Assembly (NCBI GenBank): GCA_036821145.1
Contig: DAISJZ010000001.1
Span: 87,636-151,635, forward strand
From: Spirochaetota bacterium
Lineage (GTDB): Bacteria > Spirochaetota > UBA4802 > UBA5550
DNA: 64,000 nt
Direction of reading: 5' to 3'
The position numbers and the translations under genes were made by a program. Shown in pieces: positions 1 through 9,062 of the stretch (the first letter of the stretch is position 1; every line of letters starts with the position of its first letter). Under the pieces are notes generated by a model. The model did not search any database and was not told the origin of the DNA. It was given only the letters and a program-made list of their open reading frames with translations.

Positions 1-394
1 TTGTTTGAAAATTGTCAACACAATCTATAATAAGGTCACATCCGGATATTTGTTTAAAATAATCTTCATCTATTACTCCTTTAAAAGGAATAAGTTCAAT
101 ATTTTTATTAAGTGCGGAGAGCTTAGCGCTTGCTGCTGAAACTTTATCTTTGCCGATATCATCTATTCCATATAATATCTGCCGGTTAAGATTGCTGATA
201 TCAACTGTATCAGAATCACAAAAAGATATTTTTCCGACTCCGGCCGCAGCTAAATAATAAAGAACAACACTGCCTAGGCCTCCGGCCCCGGCAACAAATA
301 CTGAAGATTTTTTCAATTGAAGCTGTGTATCTTCACCCCAACCGTTTATATCAAAATGCCGTTGATATCTTTTTATTTCATCTTCTGTGAACAT
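1..394 (-). CDS. ThiF/MoeB/HesA family adenylyltransferase (3' truncated by window edge)
   Basis: Not in ORF track; translated by hand from ATG at 394: MFTEDEIKRYQRHF...VFVAGAGGLGS...AAAGVGKISFCDSDTVDISNLNRQILY...DLIIDCVDNFQT, with GxGGLG and SNLNRQ motifs. Confidence 0.9.
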   Translation of the reverse strand, partial: MFTEDEIKRYQRHFDINGWGEDTQLQLKKSSVFVAGAGGLGSVVLYYLAAAGVGKISFCDSDTVDISNLNRQILYGIDDIGKDKVSAASAKLSALNKNIELIPFKGVIDEDYFKQISGCDLIIDCVDNFQT

Positions 395-639
395 ATAAAA
401 TGAACTAATTCGATAATCAGTTTATGTCAAGATTATAATTGCACCTTTTTATCTGAACTGAATGTTTATCAATCCGGAAGAACAATAATAGATTCTCGTG
501 ACTTTATTAAATTCCAAAAAATTTAAAAGTATATTATTAAATCTGGAAAATAATAAAATAATTAATTATTATTATAATAATAACTTTGATATTACTGTAT
601 CAGGCATATTGGCATTTGTCAATTGTTCAGGAGAATAAA

Positions 640-984
640 ATGGAATTCAACTTCAGGAAGAATGGAAATGCTATTATAATTTATCTAAAAGGTAGACTTG
701 ACGTCCATCAATGCGCTGAGATTGAGCAGGAAATCAGCAAATTGATGTCTTTTGAATTAACAAGTCATTTACTGTTTAATATGAAAGATGTAGATTATAT
801 CAGCAGTTCAGGTTTAAGAATTATTGTATCAACGATGAAAATTCTTAAAGAAGATAACAGAAGCATGGCAATTTGCAATATAAACAATGCAGTTAAAAAA
901 ATATTTGAAGTAGTTCAGATTACAGATATGTTTAATATATTCGATTCTGAAGAAAAGGCTGTTACATTTTTAAAAAACATTTAA
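640..984 (+). CDS. STAS-domain anti-sigma factor antagonist
   Basis: LKGRLD and DYISSSGLR phospho-Ser motif; start moved from 586 to ATG 640, which follows an AGGAG RBS. Confidence 0.9.
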   Translation: MEFNFRKNGNAIIIYLKGRLDVHQCAEIEQEISKLMSFELTSHLLFNMKDVDYISSSGLRIIVSTMKILKEDNRSMAICNINNAVKKIFEVVQITDMFNIFDSEEKAVTFLKNI

Positions 985-1004
985 GTTTAATTAAAAATAT
1001 AGTA

Positions 1005-1032
1005 TTGCATAAACACTCTATAGATTTATACT
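1005..1032 (+). promoter_or_regulatory. Candidate sigma70 promoter for the LysE gene
   Basis: TTGCAT (1005-1010), 16 nt spacer, TATACT (1027-1032). Confidence 0.4.
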
Positions 1033-1101
1033 TGATAAAAAAACAAACCATAATAAAACTAATCAGAATATTTAAACTGAATACTAAACCTATGAATCAA
1101 C

Positions 1102-1734
1102 ATGATTAATCTGATAGCGATTTTCGGCTCTTCATTTATAATAGCCTTTTCCGGTGCATTAATGCCCGGACCATTACTCACTGTAACAATAAGTGAATCT
1201 GCAAGAAGGGGGATTCTGGCCGGACCTCAGCTTATTGCCGGACATGCAATTCTTGAAGCGATAATGGTGACTATACTGCTTGTTGGAGTAGGGCCGTTTC
1301 TTCAATCTGACAGGTCATTCATAATAATAGCCCTTTCAGGGGCAGCTGTAATGTTGTGGATGTCCATTGATATGTTTAAATCTCTCCCTTCCATGACATT
1401 ACATTCCGCAACAACCCGATTATATTTTGCACATCCTGTTGTTGCCGGGTTTATTATGAGTCTTGTTAATCCTTACTGGGTAATATGGTGGGCAGCAATA
1501 GGTTTGGGGTATGTTACCTATTCAATGACATTTGGTTTACAGGGATTACTTTGTTTTTTTACAGGACATATCTTAGCTGATCTGACATGGTATACTTTTG
1601 TATCATTCAGCATTGCAAAAGGAAAACAGTTTATGACTGACGCAATGTACAAAATCATAATAGGAATTTGTGCTACAGCACTTACTGGATTCGCAATCTG
1701 GTTTGCTTATTCAGGCATATCGAAAATAATATAA
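1102..1734 (+). CDS. LysE/RhtB family translocator
   Basis: FSGALMPGP N-terminal motif, NPYWVIWW motif, about six hydrophobic helices, 210 aa. Confidence 0.85.
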   Translation: MINLIAIFGSSFIIAFSGALMPGPLLTVTISESARRGILAGPQLIAGHAILEAIMVTILLVGVGPFLQSDRSFIIIALSGAAVMLWMSIDMFKSLPSMTLHSATTRLYFAHPVVAGFIMSLVNPYWVIWWAAIGLGYVTYSMTFGLQGLLCFFTGHILADLTWYTFVSFSIAKGKQFMTDAMYKIIIGICATALTGFAIWFAYSGISKII

Positions 1735-1793
1735 AAATTTTGTTTAAATAATAAGGGAAAGACAGAAAATTTTTTATCCGAGAAATGCAAGCA

Positions 1794-1940
1794 TTAAGAT
1801 TCCTGTAACTGCTTTTTAATCTCTTTTAGTTTTTCAACATCGTCAGGTGTAAGATCTTTATCATTGCTTATAGACTTTGAAATAATACTAACAAGCAAAC
1901 CCTTTCCATAGTTATCAAGCTTTAAAACACTTTTTTTCAT
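1794..1940 (-). CDS. Small hypothetical protein (48 aa)
   Basis: Hand-translated ATG-TAA ORF MKKSVLKLDNYGKGLLVSIISKSISNDKDLTPDDVEKLKEIKKQLQES filling an otherwise empty intergenic gap. Confidence 0.5.
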   Translation of the reverse strand: MKKSVLKLDNYGKGLLVSIISKSISNDKDLTPDDVEKLKEIKKQLQES

Positions 1941-2287
1941 AAATTCTTTCCGGGATAAGTAGTAGAATAGTATAAAGAGATTTATACTGTGTATGATAGA
2001 TTAAAAAAAGGCCTGATCTTGTCAACTTCAAATTTTTGATATTCAACTACAACTTCAATACATAATTATTTAACAATAAGTTTATTTCCTTTTTAATATT
2101 TATTCCTTAATTAATTTCAGGCAATACTCTATTACCCCTGTCGAAGGCAGGGGGTGGGTAATTCATTACTTTACATTACAAGTATCTATAATAATTATTT
2201 CTGATTTCTTTTTATTATAAATTGGTAGACATACGGTATCTGATATGAAATAACTTTATGTATCCGACAAATAGATGGGGGGATAAA

Positions 2288-3067
2288 ATGGAAGATAAAC
2301 TGGTTACATGGATAAAAAAAGACGGGATTTGCACAATCACAATGAATTCGCCAAAAACACTTAATGCTCTAAGCAGCGTATTAACAGCAAACCTCGAAGA
2401 GGCTTTTGAAGATTGCTTTGATGAAACAGTGCGTGCAGTTGTTTTAACCGGAAATGGAAAGGCATTCTGCGCGGGCGGCGACTTACAGGGAATGCTTGAT
2501 ATGGGTGCACCTAAATGGCTTCAGCAGGTCCCCAAAAAACTTGCTGTAGTCATAAGTACAATACGCGAGCTGCCAAAGCCTGTCATCGCAGCAGTTAATG
2601 GACCAGCCATGGGAGTAGGAATGAGTGTAGCAATGGCATGCGATCTTCGCATAGCTTCAGACAAAGCTACATTTGTTCAGGCATATACCTCTGTTGGTCT
2701 GAGTCCGGATGGTGCCTGGACACTGACCGTTCCGAGAATAATCGGTCTATCAAAAGCCATGGAGATGCTGCTTCTCGATAAACCTGTAAATGCTGAAGAA
2801 GCATTAAGAATAGGAATGATTTCCATGGTAGTCCCCGCGGATTCATTTATCGAAGAAACAGATAAACTTGCTGCAAAACTTGCATCCGGGCCGACACTGG
2901 CATTTGCACGGGGTAAACAATTAATCAATAGATCATTATTGCGCGAACTGGAATGCCAGATGGAAAATGAAAGACTCAGCATCATGGCCGGAGGTGCAAG
3001 TAATGATTTTATAGAAGGAACTGATGCAGTTTTCAAAAAAAGAAAGCCGGAATTTAATGGCAGATAA
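2288..3067 (+). CDS. Enoyl-CoA hydratase/isomerase (crotonase) family protein, PaaG-like
   Basis: FCAGGDL oxyanion motif, AAVNGPAMG, GLSPDG; start likely ATG 2288 after a G-rich RBS rather than 2258. Confidence 0.9.
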   Translation: MEDKLVTWIKKDGICTITMNSPKTLNALSSVLTANLEEAFEDCFDETVRAVVLTGNGKAFCAGGDLQGMLDMGAPKWLQQVPKKLAVVISTIRELPKPVIAAVNGPAMGVGMSVAMACDLRIASDKATFVQAYTSVGLSPDGAWTLTVPRIIGLSKAMEMLLLDKPVNAEEALRIGMISMVVPADSFIEETDKLAAKLASGPTLAFARGKQLINRSLLRELECQMENERLSIMAGGASNDFIEGTDAVFKKRKPEFNGR

Positions 3068-3102
3068 TCAGTATAAAATAATCATTTGAAAAGGCTTAAA
3101 AT

Positions 3103-3184
3103 TGGTGAGGGAAGGATTCGAACCTTCGAAGTCGTAGACGACAGATTTACAGTCTGTTCCCTTTGGCCGCTCGGGAACCTCACC
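3103..3184 (-). tRNA. tRNA-Tyr(GTA)
   Basis: Cloverleaf GGTGAGG/CCTCACC acceptor stem, anticodon arm ACAGA-CTGTAAA-TCTGT, long variable arm, T-loop TTCGAAT; CCA not encoded. Confidence 0.97.
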
Positions 3185-3189
3185 TTTTT

Positions 3190-3262
3190 AGCTGGCGAGA
3201 GGAATTGAACCCCCAACAAGCTGATTACAAATCAGCTGCTCTACCGATTGAGCTACGCCAGC
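3190..3262 (-). tRNA. tRNA-Thr(TGT)
   Basis: GCTGGCG/CGCCAGC acceptor stem, anticodon arm GCTGA-TTTGTAA-TCAGC, T-loop TTCAATT; CCA not encoded. Confidence 0.95.
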
Positions 3263-3562
3263 AACACAACGAGGTAATAAATATTTTTATATGAATAAAC
3301 TGTCAACTTTTTTTTGAATTGATTTAAAAATTTTTATTATTTAATTATTATACAAATAAATTGGCACAATTAAAAACAATATAAAATATAAATTTATTAT
3401 TGTTAGCACTTAAATAATAAATTTATATTAACTGATTAATAAACTTTTCTTTATTGTGTTGACAGATTGTTTGTGAATTTAAAAATATCCTGTTTAAATA
3501 TACATTAAGAATTTTAATAATCATTTTTATCTTTTATTTTAATTCAGGAATACAATTCTTTC

Positions 3563-4915
3563 ATGATAAGAATATCAAAAATAACTATAATACTAATACT
3601 CTGGTTCTCCTGTACTGTTGTTTATGCAGATGAGAGGTCTGTCACAATTGATGAATGCATTGAAATTGCACTTCAGAATCATCCTGATTTTCTGTTATCA
3701 ATTGAAGACAATAAAAAAAGCATTGCTGATTATAAAATAGCACGATCAGTAAAAAGCATTATAATTGATGGTGAGATCAAAACTGTTGAATACACCAGAT
3801 CTGACTCATCTGCCGATTCGAGATTCTCAATTCCGGGGCAGGATACAGACATAGGTCTCTTTGCCGGTCTAAGTTTAACATATAACTTATATGATTCCAG
3901 AAAAGATATTATTGAGGACCAGGCCAGGACTAATATTGACATAGCAAAAATTAAAAATTTTCAGGTTAAGAATAAAATTATATTTGAAGTAAAGAATGCA
4001 TATTATGGATATCTTCTTTCTAAAAATACATTAATAATAAGGGAAGAAATTTACAATAAATACAAAAACAAAGCCGACCTCGCAAGACAATTGTTTGAGC
4101 AGGGCTCAAGACCTGTCCTTGATGTGAGTAAAGCAGAGGTGGATCTTGCAGATTCAAAGCTTCAGCTTGAAAAAGCAAAAAATAACGAACGCAAAATGAA
4201 ACTGAGCCTTTATTATTCAATGGGACTTGAGGAAACTGAAAACCTCAATATAAATCCTGTTGATGTTGCAGTAATTCCTGAATCATTATGCTCATTGAAC
4301 AATCTTTACAGGTTATCAGAAGTATATAGCCCGGTAATCAGAATTTCAAAACTTGAAAAAAAGATAGCACGACTTAAAGCCTCTGAGCAGATGGGTGCCC
4401 ATTATCCGACAGTTGATCTTTTAATCGGACTGGGTTATGAAAATAAACGTTTATACGGAATGAATAACATGCAGGATAATCTTGACTGGAGCAACTGGAG
4501 TCCTGCTTTTCATGGTGCATTAAGAGCAGCAATTCCCATTTACAGCGGCGGAAAAATTTCAGCCAGAGTTGACTCCGCGTTAAGTGATTATAATAAAATC
4601 GTATATAAAGAAAAAGAAGTTCTTATAGATACTAAAAACCAGATACGCGACAATTTCAAAAGCCTTGAAGAGATAAAAAAACAGATGGAAATATCTGAAT
4701 TAATCATTAAAAATGCACAAAGACATCAATTACTGGCTCAAAGAAGTTATGAAAATGGAGGGGGTTCGCTTCTGGAATTACAGGATGCGGATCTAAGCGT
4801 AATAAAAGCCAGGATCGGTTACCTGGAATCGAGATACGCTTATTTTATAACACTTGCTAAATTAATAAACATTGTTGGAAGCGGAGAGAATTCAATATGC
4901 AAAAGCCGGGATTAA
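3563..4915 (+). CDS. TolC family outer membrane efflux protein
   Basis: Signal peptide, TIDECIEIALQNHP start of OEP repeat, YENGGGSLLELQDA and two helical OEP repeats, 450 aa. Confidence 0.85.
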   Translation: MIRISKITIILILWFSCTVVYADERSVTIDECIEIALQNHPDFLLSIEDNKKSIADYKIARSVKSIIIDGEIKTVEYTRSDSSADSRFSIPGQDTDIGLFAGLSLTYNLYDSRKDIIEDQARTNIDIAKIKNFQVKNKIIFEVKNAYYGYLLSKNTLIIREEIYNKYKNKADLARQLFEQGSRPVLDVSKAEVDLADSKLQLEKAKNNERKMKLSLYYSMGLEETENLNINPVDVAVIPESLCSLNNLYRLSEVYSPVIRISKLEKKIARLKASEQMGAHYPTVDLLIGLGYENKRLYGMNNMQDNLDWSNWSPAFHGALRAAIPIYSGGKISARVDSALSDYNKIVYKEKEVLIDTKNQIRDNFKSLEEIKKQMEISELIIKNAQRHQLLAQRSYENGGGSLLELQDADLSVIKARIGYLESRYAYFITLAKLINIVGSGENSICKSRD

Positions 4916-5985
4916 AAATAATCACAATTGCTGTTATTGCAGCATTAGTGATTATCATCATTTTTATATTTAAATCATGCAGCAACAGTGGTGATAAAAT
5001 TTTTATTTATGAAAAGGCTGCTGCCGGCGAGGTAAAAAAAACGATCTCTGTGACGGGTGAACTCGATATAATGAATCCTTCTCTTATCCTGAGCAAAACA
5101 TCAGGCGTTATTGAAAATATATATACCGATTTTAATCAGAATGTTTCAAAAGGTGCTCTCCTTATTAAACTTGAAGGTTCAGCGGTAGAACAGAAAATAA
5201 TGAAAGCACAGGGGACAGTTGATACAGTTAAATTCGAAATTAAATCAGCTGAGCGCGAACTGGAAGGTAAAAAAAATCTATACAAGGATAACCTGATTTC
5301 CAAAAAAGCAATGGAACAGGCTGAAATAGAATACAATGCTGTTCTGAATAAATATAAACAGGTTAAACTTGATTATGATATGGCTGTACAGGAAAGAAAT
5401 TTTACAAGAATTCATTCCCCGATCAGCGGAATTGTAATCGCGGTTTATGTTAAAAAAAATTCTCCGATAGGAATATCAACTCCACTTATTCTTCTCGCAC
5501 CGAGTCTGTCTAAAATGATCCTCACAATAAGTATTGATGAATCAGATATTGGCAATATTAAAACAGGGCAGCAGGTTATCTTTTCTGTCAGTGCCTTTCC
5601 CGATAAAAAATTTAAAGGTATAATAAATCAGGTGAGGATGAATCCGGTTAAATCCGGAGGGCTTGTAACCTACCAGGCTCTTGTTGTTTGCGAAAACAAC
5701 GAGCTGCTTCTTAAGCCTGGTATGACAGCAACTGCGACAGTAGTTATCGATCAAAAAGACAATGTACTGAGAGTCCTCAATCAGGCTTTTCTTATATCTC
5801 CTGAAACTGACAGTACCCCTGAAAACGGGAAAAAGTATATATGGAAAAAAACCGGTATCGGCACAGCAAAATCATATAAAAGAATAGAAGTAAAAACAGG
5901 TCTTTCCGGCGATATGCATACAGAGATTATTGACGGGATTAAAGATGGAGACGAAGTAATGATTAAAATTCAGGAATCCAAATAA
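4897..5985 (+). CDS. Efflux RND/MacA-type periplasmic adaptor subunit
   Basis: N-terminal TM, ISVTGEL, alpha-hairpin, IHSPISGIV, IDESDIGNIKTGQ, LKPGMTAT. Confidence 0.9.
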   Translation: MQKPGLKIITIAVIAALVIIIIFIFKSCSNSGDKIFIYEKAAAGEVKKTISVTGELDIMNPSLILSKTSGVIENIYTDFNQNVSKGALLIKLEGSAVEQKIMKAQGTVDTVKFEIKSAERELEGKKNLYKDNLISKKAMEQAEIEYNAVLNKYKQVKLDYDMAVQERNFTRIHSPISGIVIAVYVKKNSPIGISTPLILLAPSLSKMILTISIDESDIGNIKTGQQVIFSVSAFPDKKFKGIINQVRMNPVKSGGLVTYQALVVCENNELLLKPGMTATATVVIDQKDNVLRVLNQAFLISPETDSTPENGKKYIWKKTGIGTAKSYKRIEVKTGLSGDMHTEIIDGIKDGDEVMIKIQESK

Positions 5986-6013
5986 TCCAACACTCTCTAT
6001 AACGTCAGGCAAA

Positions 6014-6751
6014 ATGAAAAAAAGAATAATTGAAATAAAGGATCTTGAAAAAATATATCTCCTGAGTGAGGAGGTCAGCGTTAAGGCACTCAAGGGTGTT
6101 TCGTTCAACTTTGCTGAGGGTGAATTTGTATCAATTATGGGTGCATCAGGTTCAGGAAAGTCTACTTTCATGAATATCCTCGGATTTCTTGACACTCCGA
6201 CTTCAGGAACCTATATATTGGATGGAATTGACGGTTCCACTCTTAATAGTGACCAGAAGGCGGAAATTCGGAACAGAAAAATAGGTTTTGTATTTCAGGG
6301 TTTCAATCTTCTTTCCCGGACATCGGCAATAGAGAATGTTGAGTTGCCCTTAATGTATAAAGGGGGAGTTCCTCTGAACGACATGAACCGAAAAGCGAGA
6401 GGTCTGCTTGATCTGGTTGGTCTCTCCGGGCGTTATATGCATCACCCTAACAAACTTTCAGGAGGAGAGCAGCAGAGAGTGGCCATTGCAAGAGCGCTGA
6501 TCAACGACCCGGCGATTCTTCTGGCGGATGAGCCTACAGGAAATCTTGATTCTAAAAATACCGAAGAAATTATGAACCTTTTCACGAATTTAAATAAGGA
6601 ACTCGGAATATCAATAGTAATGGTTACCCATGAATCTGATGTTGCCGCCTACAGCGATAGAAGAGTTCTATTTAAAGACGGTCTTATCATTGATGATTCC
6701 CCGGTGAAGAAGACCATGAACAAAAATAAAGGAACAAAAAAGAAACTTTAA
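6014..6751 (+). CDS. ABC transporter ATP-binding protein (MacB/LolD-like, stand-alone NBD)
   Basis: Walker A GASGSGKST, FVFQGFNLL, LSGGEQQRVAIARAL, LADEPTGNLD, VTHE; no TM domain. Confidence 0.93.
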   Translation: MKKRIIEIKDLEKIYLLSEEVSVKALKGVSFNFAEGEFVSIMGASGSGKSTFMNILGFLDTPTSGTYILDGIDGSTLNSDQKAEIRNRKIGFVFQGFNLLSRTSAIENVELPLMYKGGVPLNDMNRKARGLLDLVGLSGRYMHHPNKLSGGEQQRVAIARALINDPAILLADEPTGNLDSKNTEEIMNLFTNLNKELGISIVMVTHESDVAAYSDRRVLFKDGLIIDDSPVKKTMNKNKGTKKKL

Positions 6752-6963
6752 CCCCCTCATTAATCACCAAACACTTCGTTATGTGAAATTACCAATAGCC
6801 GGATTTTCAAAAAATTATGTCTTTTTTTTAGAAAAAAAACATTTTATATTAAGACATAATTCCGTGTTACCGATATTAAAAATGTAAAAGTTATCTACTT
6901 CTCGTCTCACCTGGTAAAAATAGACATGTTCGGGGAAAAAAAATTCATAGCAGGAGAACTCCG

Positions 6964-7860
6964 GTGAAAGATGTTGTTGCTATAAAAAGGTTTAAAAAAT
7001 TTCTCCAGGTGGAAAAAGGTCTTTCTCAAAATTCAATTTATTCATATACTTATGATTTAAAAAAATTCAGTGAGTTTCTTTCTCTTAAAAGTAAAGATAT
7101 AATGGATGCGACTCAGGATGATATCCAGCAATTTTTAAAGTATGAAAAAAACAATAAAAAAAATTCTTCCAGGACGCTCGCGAGATCACTAGCAGCAATA
7201 AGGCAGTTTTATAATTTTATATCTGATAATGTCGATATAAACATTCAAAATCCGACTGAAAAAATTGAAACTCCTCATGTTGAAAAAACTTTACCTGATT
7301 ATCTTACAGTTAATGAACTCGATAAACTTTTCAACTCGATTTCTGAAGAAGACTGTTATGAGCTTAGAGATAAAACAATATTTGAACTTTTGTATTCCAG
7401 TGGCCTCAGAATTTCAGAAGCTGTTGATTTAACAATCGGAGATGTGGATCTTACAAATAACTTTATTAATGTTATAGGCAAAGGTAACAAACAACGATTG
7501 GTTCCAATGGGTAAAGAAGCGGTCAGATTGATTAATAAATATATTCAGGATTCAAGACCTGTAATAATAAGTAACAGGGACTCTGAATATCTGTTTATCA
7601 GTAAAAAAGGATCACAATTAAACCGTAAGTCAGTTTGGCGTCTCCTTAAAAATTATGTTACAAGAACTGAAATTCAGAAAAATATAACACCTCATACATT
7701 AAGACATTCTTTTGCAACTCATCTTATAGAGAATGGAGCTGATTTAAGATCTGTCCAGGAACTACTTGGCCATATGGATATTTCAACAACACAGGTTTAT
7801 ACTCACATGGCTAAAAAACATCTCCAAAAATTACATAAAAGTTATCATCCAAAAGGATAA
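6964..7860 (+). CDS. xerD: Tyrosine recombinase XerD
   Basis: LLYSSGLRISE (R), GKGNKQR (K), HTLRHSFATHL (HxxR), LLGH and TTQVYTH (Y); GTG start after AGGAG. Confidence 0.88.
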   Translation: MKDVVAIKRFKKFLQVEKGLSQNSIYSYTYDLKKFSEFLSLKSKDIMDATQDDIQQFLKYEKNNKKNSSRTLARSLAAIRQFYNFISDNVDINIQNPTEKIETPHVEKTLPDYLTVNELDKLFNSISEEDCYELRDKTIFELLYSSGLRISEAVDLTIGDVDLTNNFINVIGKGNKQRLVPMGKEAVRLINKYIQDSRPVIISNRDSEYLFISKKGSQLNRKSVWRLLKNYVTRTEIQKNITPHTLRHSFATHLIENGADLRSVQELLGHMDISTTQVYTHMAKKHLQKLHKSYHPKG

Positions 7861-7874
7861 TGTTAATCATTTAT

Positions 7875-9062
7875 ATGAAAAATCTATATTTTATTCTTTT
7901 CATTATCACTTCATTTTATTTAGCTTTTTTTACCTCCTGTACTCCATCTGAAAAATATCTCAGAACTAAAATGAGGAGTACAGGGCAGGATAATAATTAT
8001 GTTCGTGTCCTGATAAAAAAAGAAACTGATTCCTTTAAAGTAAGTTCACCTTCAGGTATAAAAGTTGTCGATAAAAATTCAGGAAGAATAATTTACGAAA
8101 TTCAAAAGGGAAGTTTAACGTTTCACCCGGATAAAATAAAAAAAGTATTTGTTATTGAAACCGGGGTTAATCCCGTCTTTATCAATGATTCAGGTTATAG
8201 AGGGAAAATTGAAATTCATAATGTTCTTGGAAAAGTATACATAATAAACATAGTTAATATAGAAGAATATCTCGCAAGCGTAGTTCCTTCAGAGATGCCG
8301 GCATCATGGAATATGGAAGCTTTAAAATCACAGGCTATAGCTGCACGTACGTACACTTATTATCATCTTACTAAAAATAATGATACTAAAAGTATCTACG
8401 ATCTCGATGCAACAACTAATTTCCAGGTTTATAAAGGTATTGCCGCAGAAAAAGACTCTTCAACCAAAGCAGTCAGAGATACAGCCGGCATAATAATGAC
8501 ATATAATCACGTGCCGATTCTTGCCTATTTTCATTCAACCAGCGGAGGAAAAACTTCAGACGATAAATATGTCTGGAATGGAGAGGATCTTCCGTATCTT
8601 ACCAGTGTCATATGCACTTACAGCAAAGAATCACCGCATTTTGAATGGACAACAGAAATATCTATTATAGAAATTGAAAAAGCATTAACAAAAAAATATC
8701 AGCGTATTGGAAAAATCAGAAAAATTTCGTTTAAAAAATATAACGGCAGAGTAGTGCAAGTCCAGATTGTTCATTCTAATGGCAAGCTGGATCTTACGGG
8801 AAATCAATTCAGACTCATGATGAACCCATCGAAATTAAAAAGTACATTTTTTACCGCCAAACAGAATAAAGGTTCTTTTCATATTTACGGAAAGGGGTGG
8901 GGGCACGGTGTAGGTATGTGTCAATGGGGAGCAAAAGGCCGGGGAGAAAAAGGATTCAATTATAAACAGATTCTAAGTTATTATTACAAAGATATAAAAC
9001 TCACAAAAATAAATAATAATTATCTTGCACAGAAAAGGAGTTCCGGCAATCTTGTTAATTAA
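7875..9062 (+). CDS. SpoIID/LytB domain protein (putative peptidoglycan lytic transglycosylase), probable lipoprotein
   Basis: EEYLASVVPSEM, EALKSQAIAARTY, FHSTSGG, GWGHGVGMCQWGA; lipobox-like FFTSC; start likely ATG 7875. Confidence 0.88.
   Translation: MKNLYFILFIITSFYLAFFTSCTPSEKYLRTKMRSTGQDNNYVRVLIKKETDSFKVSSPSGIKVVDKNSGRIIYEIQKGSLTFHPDKIKKVFVIETGVNPVFINDSGYRGKIEIHNVLGKVYIINIVNIEEYLASVVPSEMPASWNMEALKSQAIAARTYTYYHLTKNNDTKSIYDLDATTNFQVYKGIAAEKDSSTKAVRDTAGIIMTYNHVPILAYFHSTSGGKTSDDKYVWNGEDLPYLTSVICTYSKESPHFEWTTEISIIEIEKALTKKYQRIGKIRKISFKKYNGRVVQVQIVHSNGKLDLTGNQFRLMMNPSKLKSTFFTAKQNKGSFHIYGKGWGHGVGMCQWGAKGRGEKGFNYKQILSYYYKDIKLTKINNNYLAQKRSSGNLVN

Noticed and set aside
1735-3102. tRNA-anchored genomic island containing the crotonase gene
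   Set aside because: No integrase; only an 8-nt AT-rich match (AAATTGGT) to the tRNA 3' flank; GC content looks similar to rpoD and purL.
3263-3562. ncRNA or riboswitch in the very AT-rich spacer between the tRNAs and tolC
   Set aside because: No stable stems or recognisable riboswitch motifs; the TTGACA hexamers lack convincing -10 boxes, so it is treated as a divergent promoter region.
6762-6789. Complete chromosomal dif site
   Set aside because: The XerD-like arm is present but the XerC arm (AATCACCAAAC) lacks the conserved ATAA; kept only as a half-site observation.
6964-7860. Phage or ICE integrase marking a mobile element
   Set aside because: Size, motifs and housekeeping context match chromosomal XerD; no att repeats or phage genes nearby.
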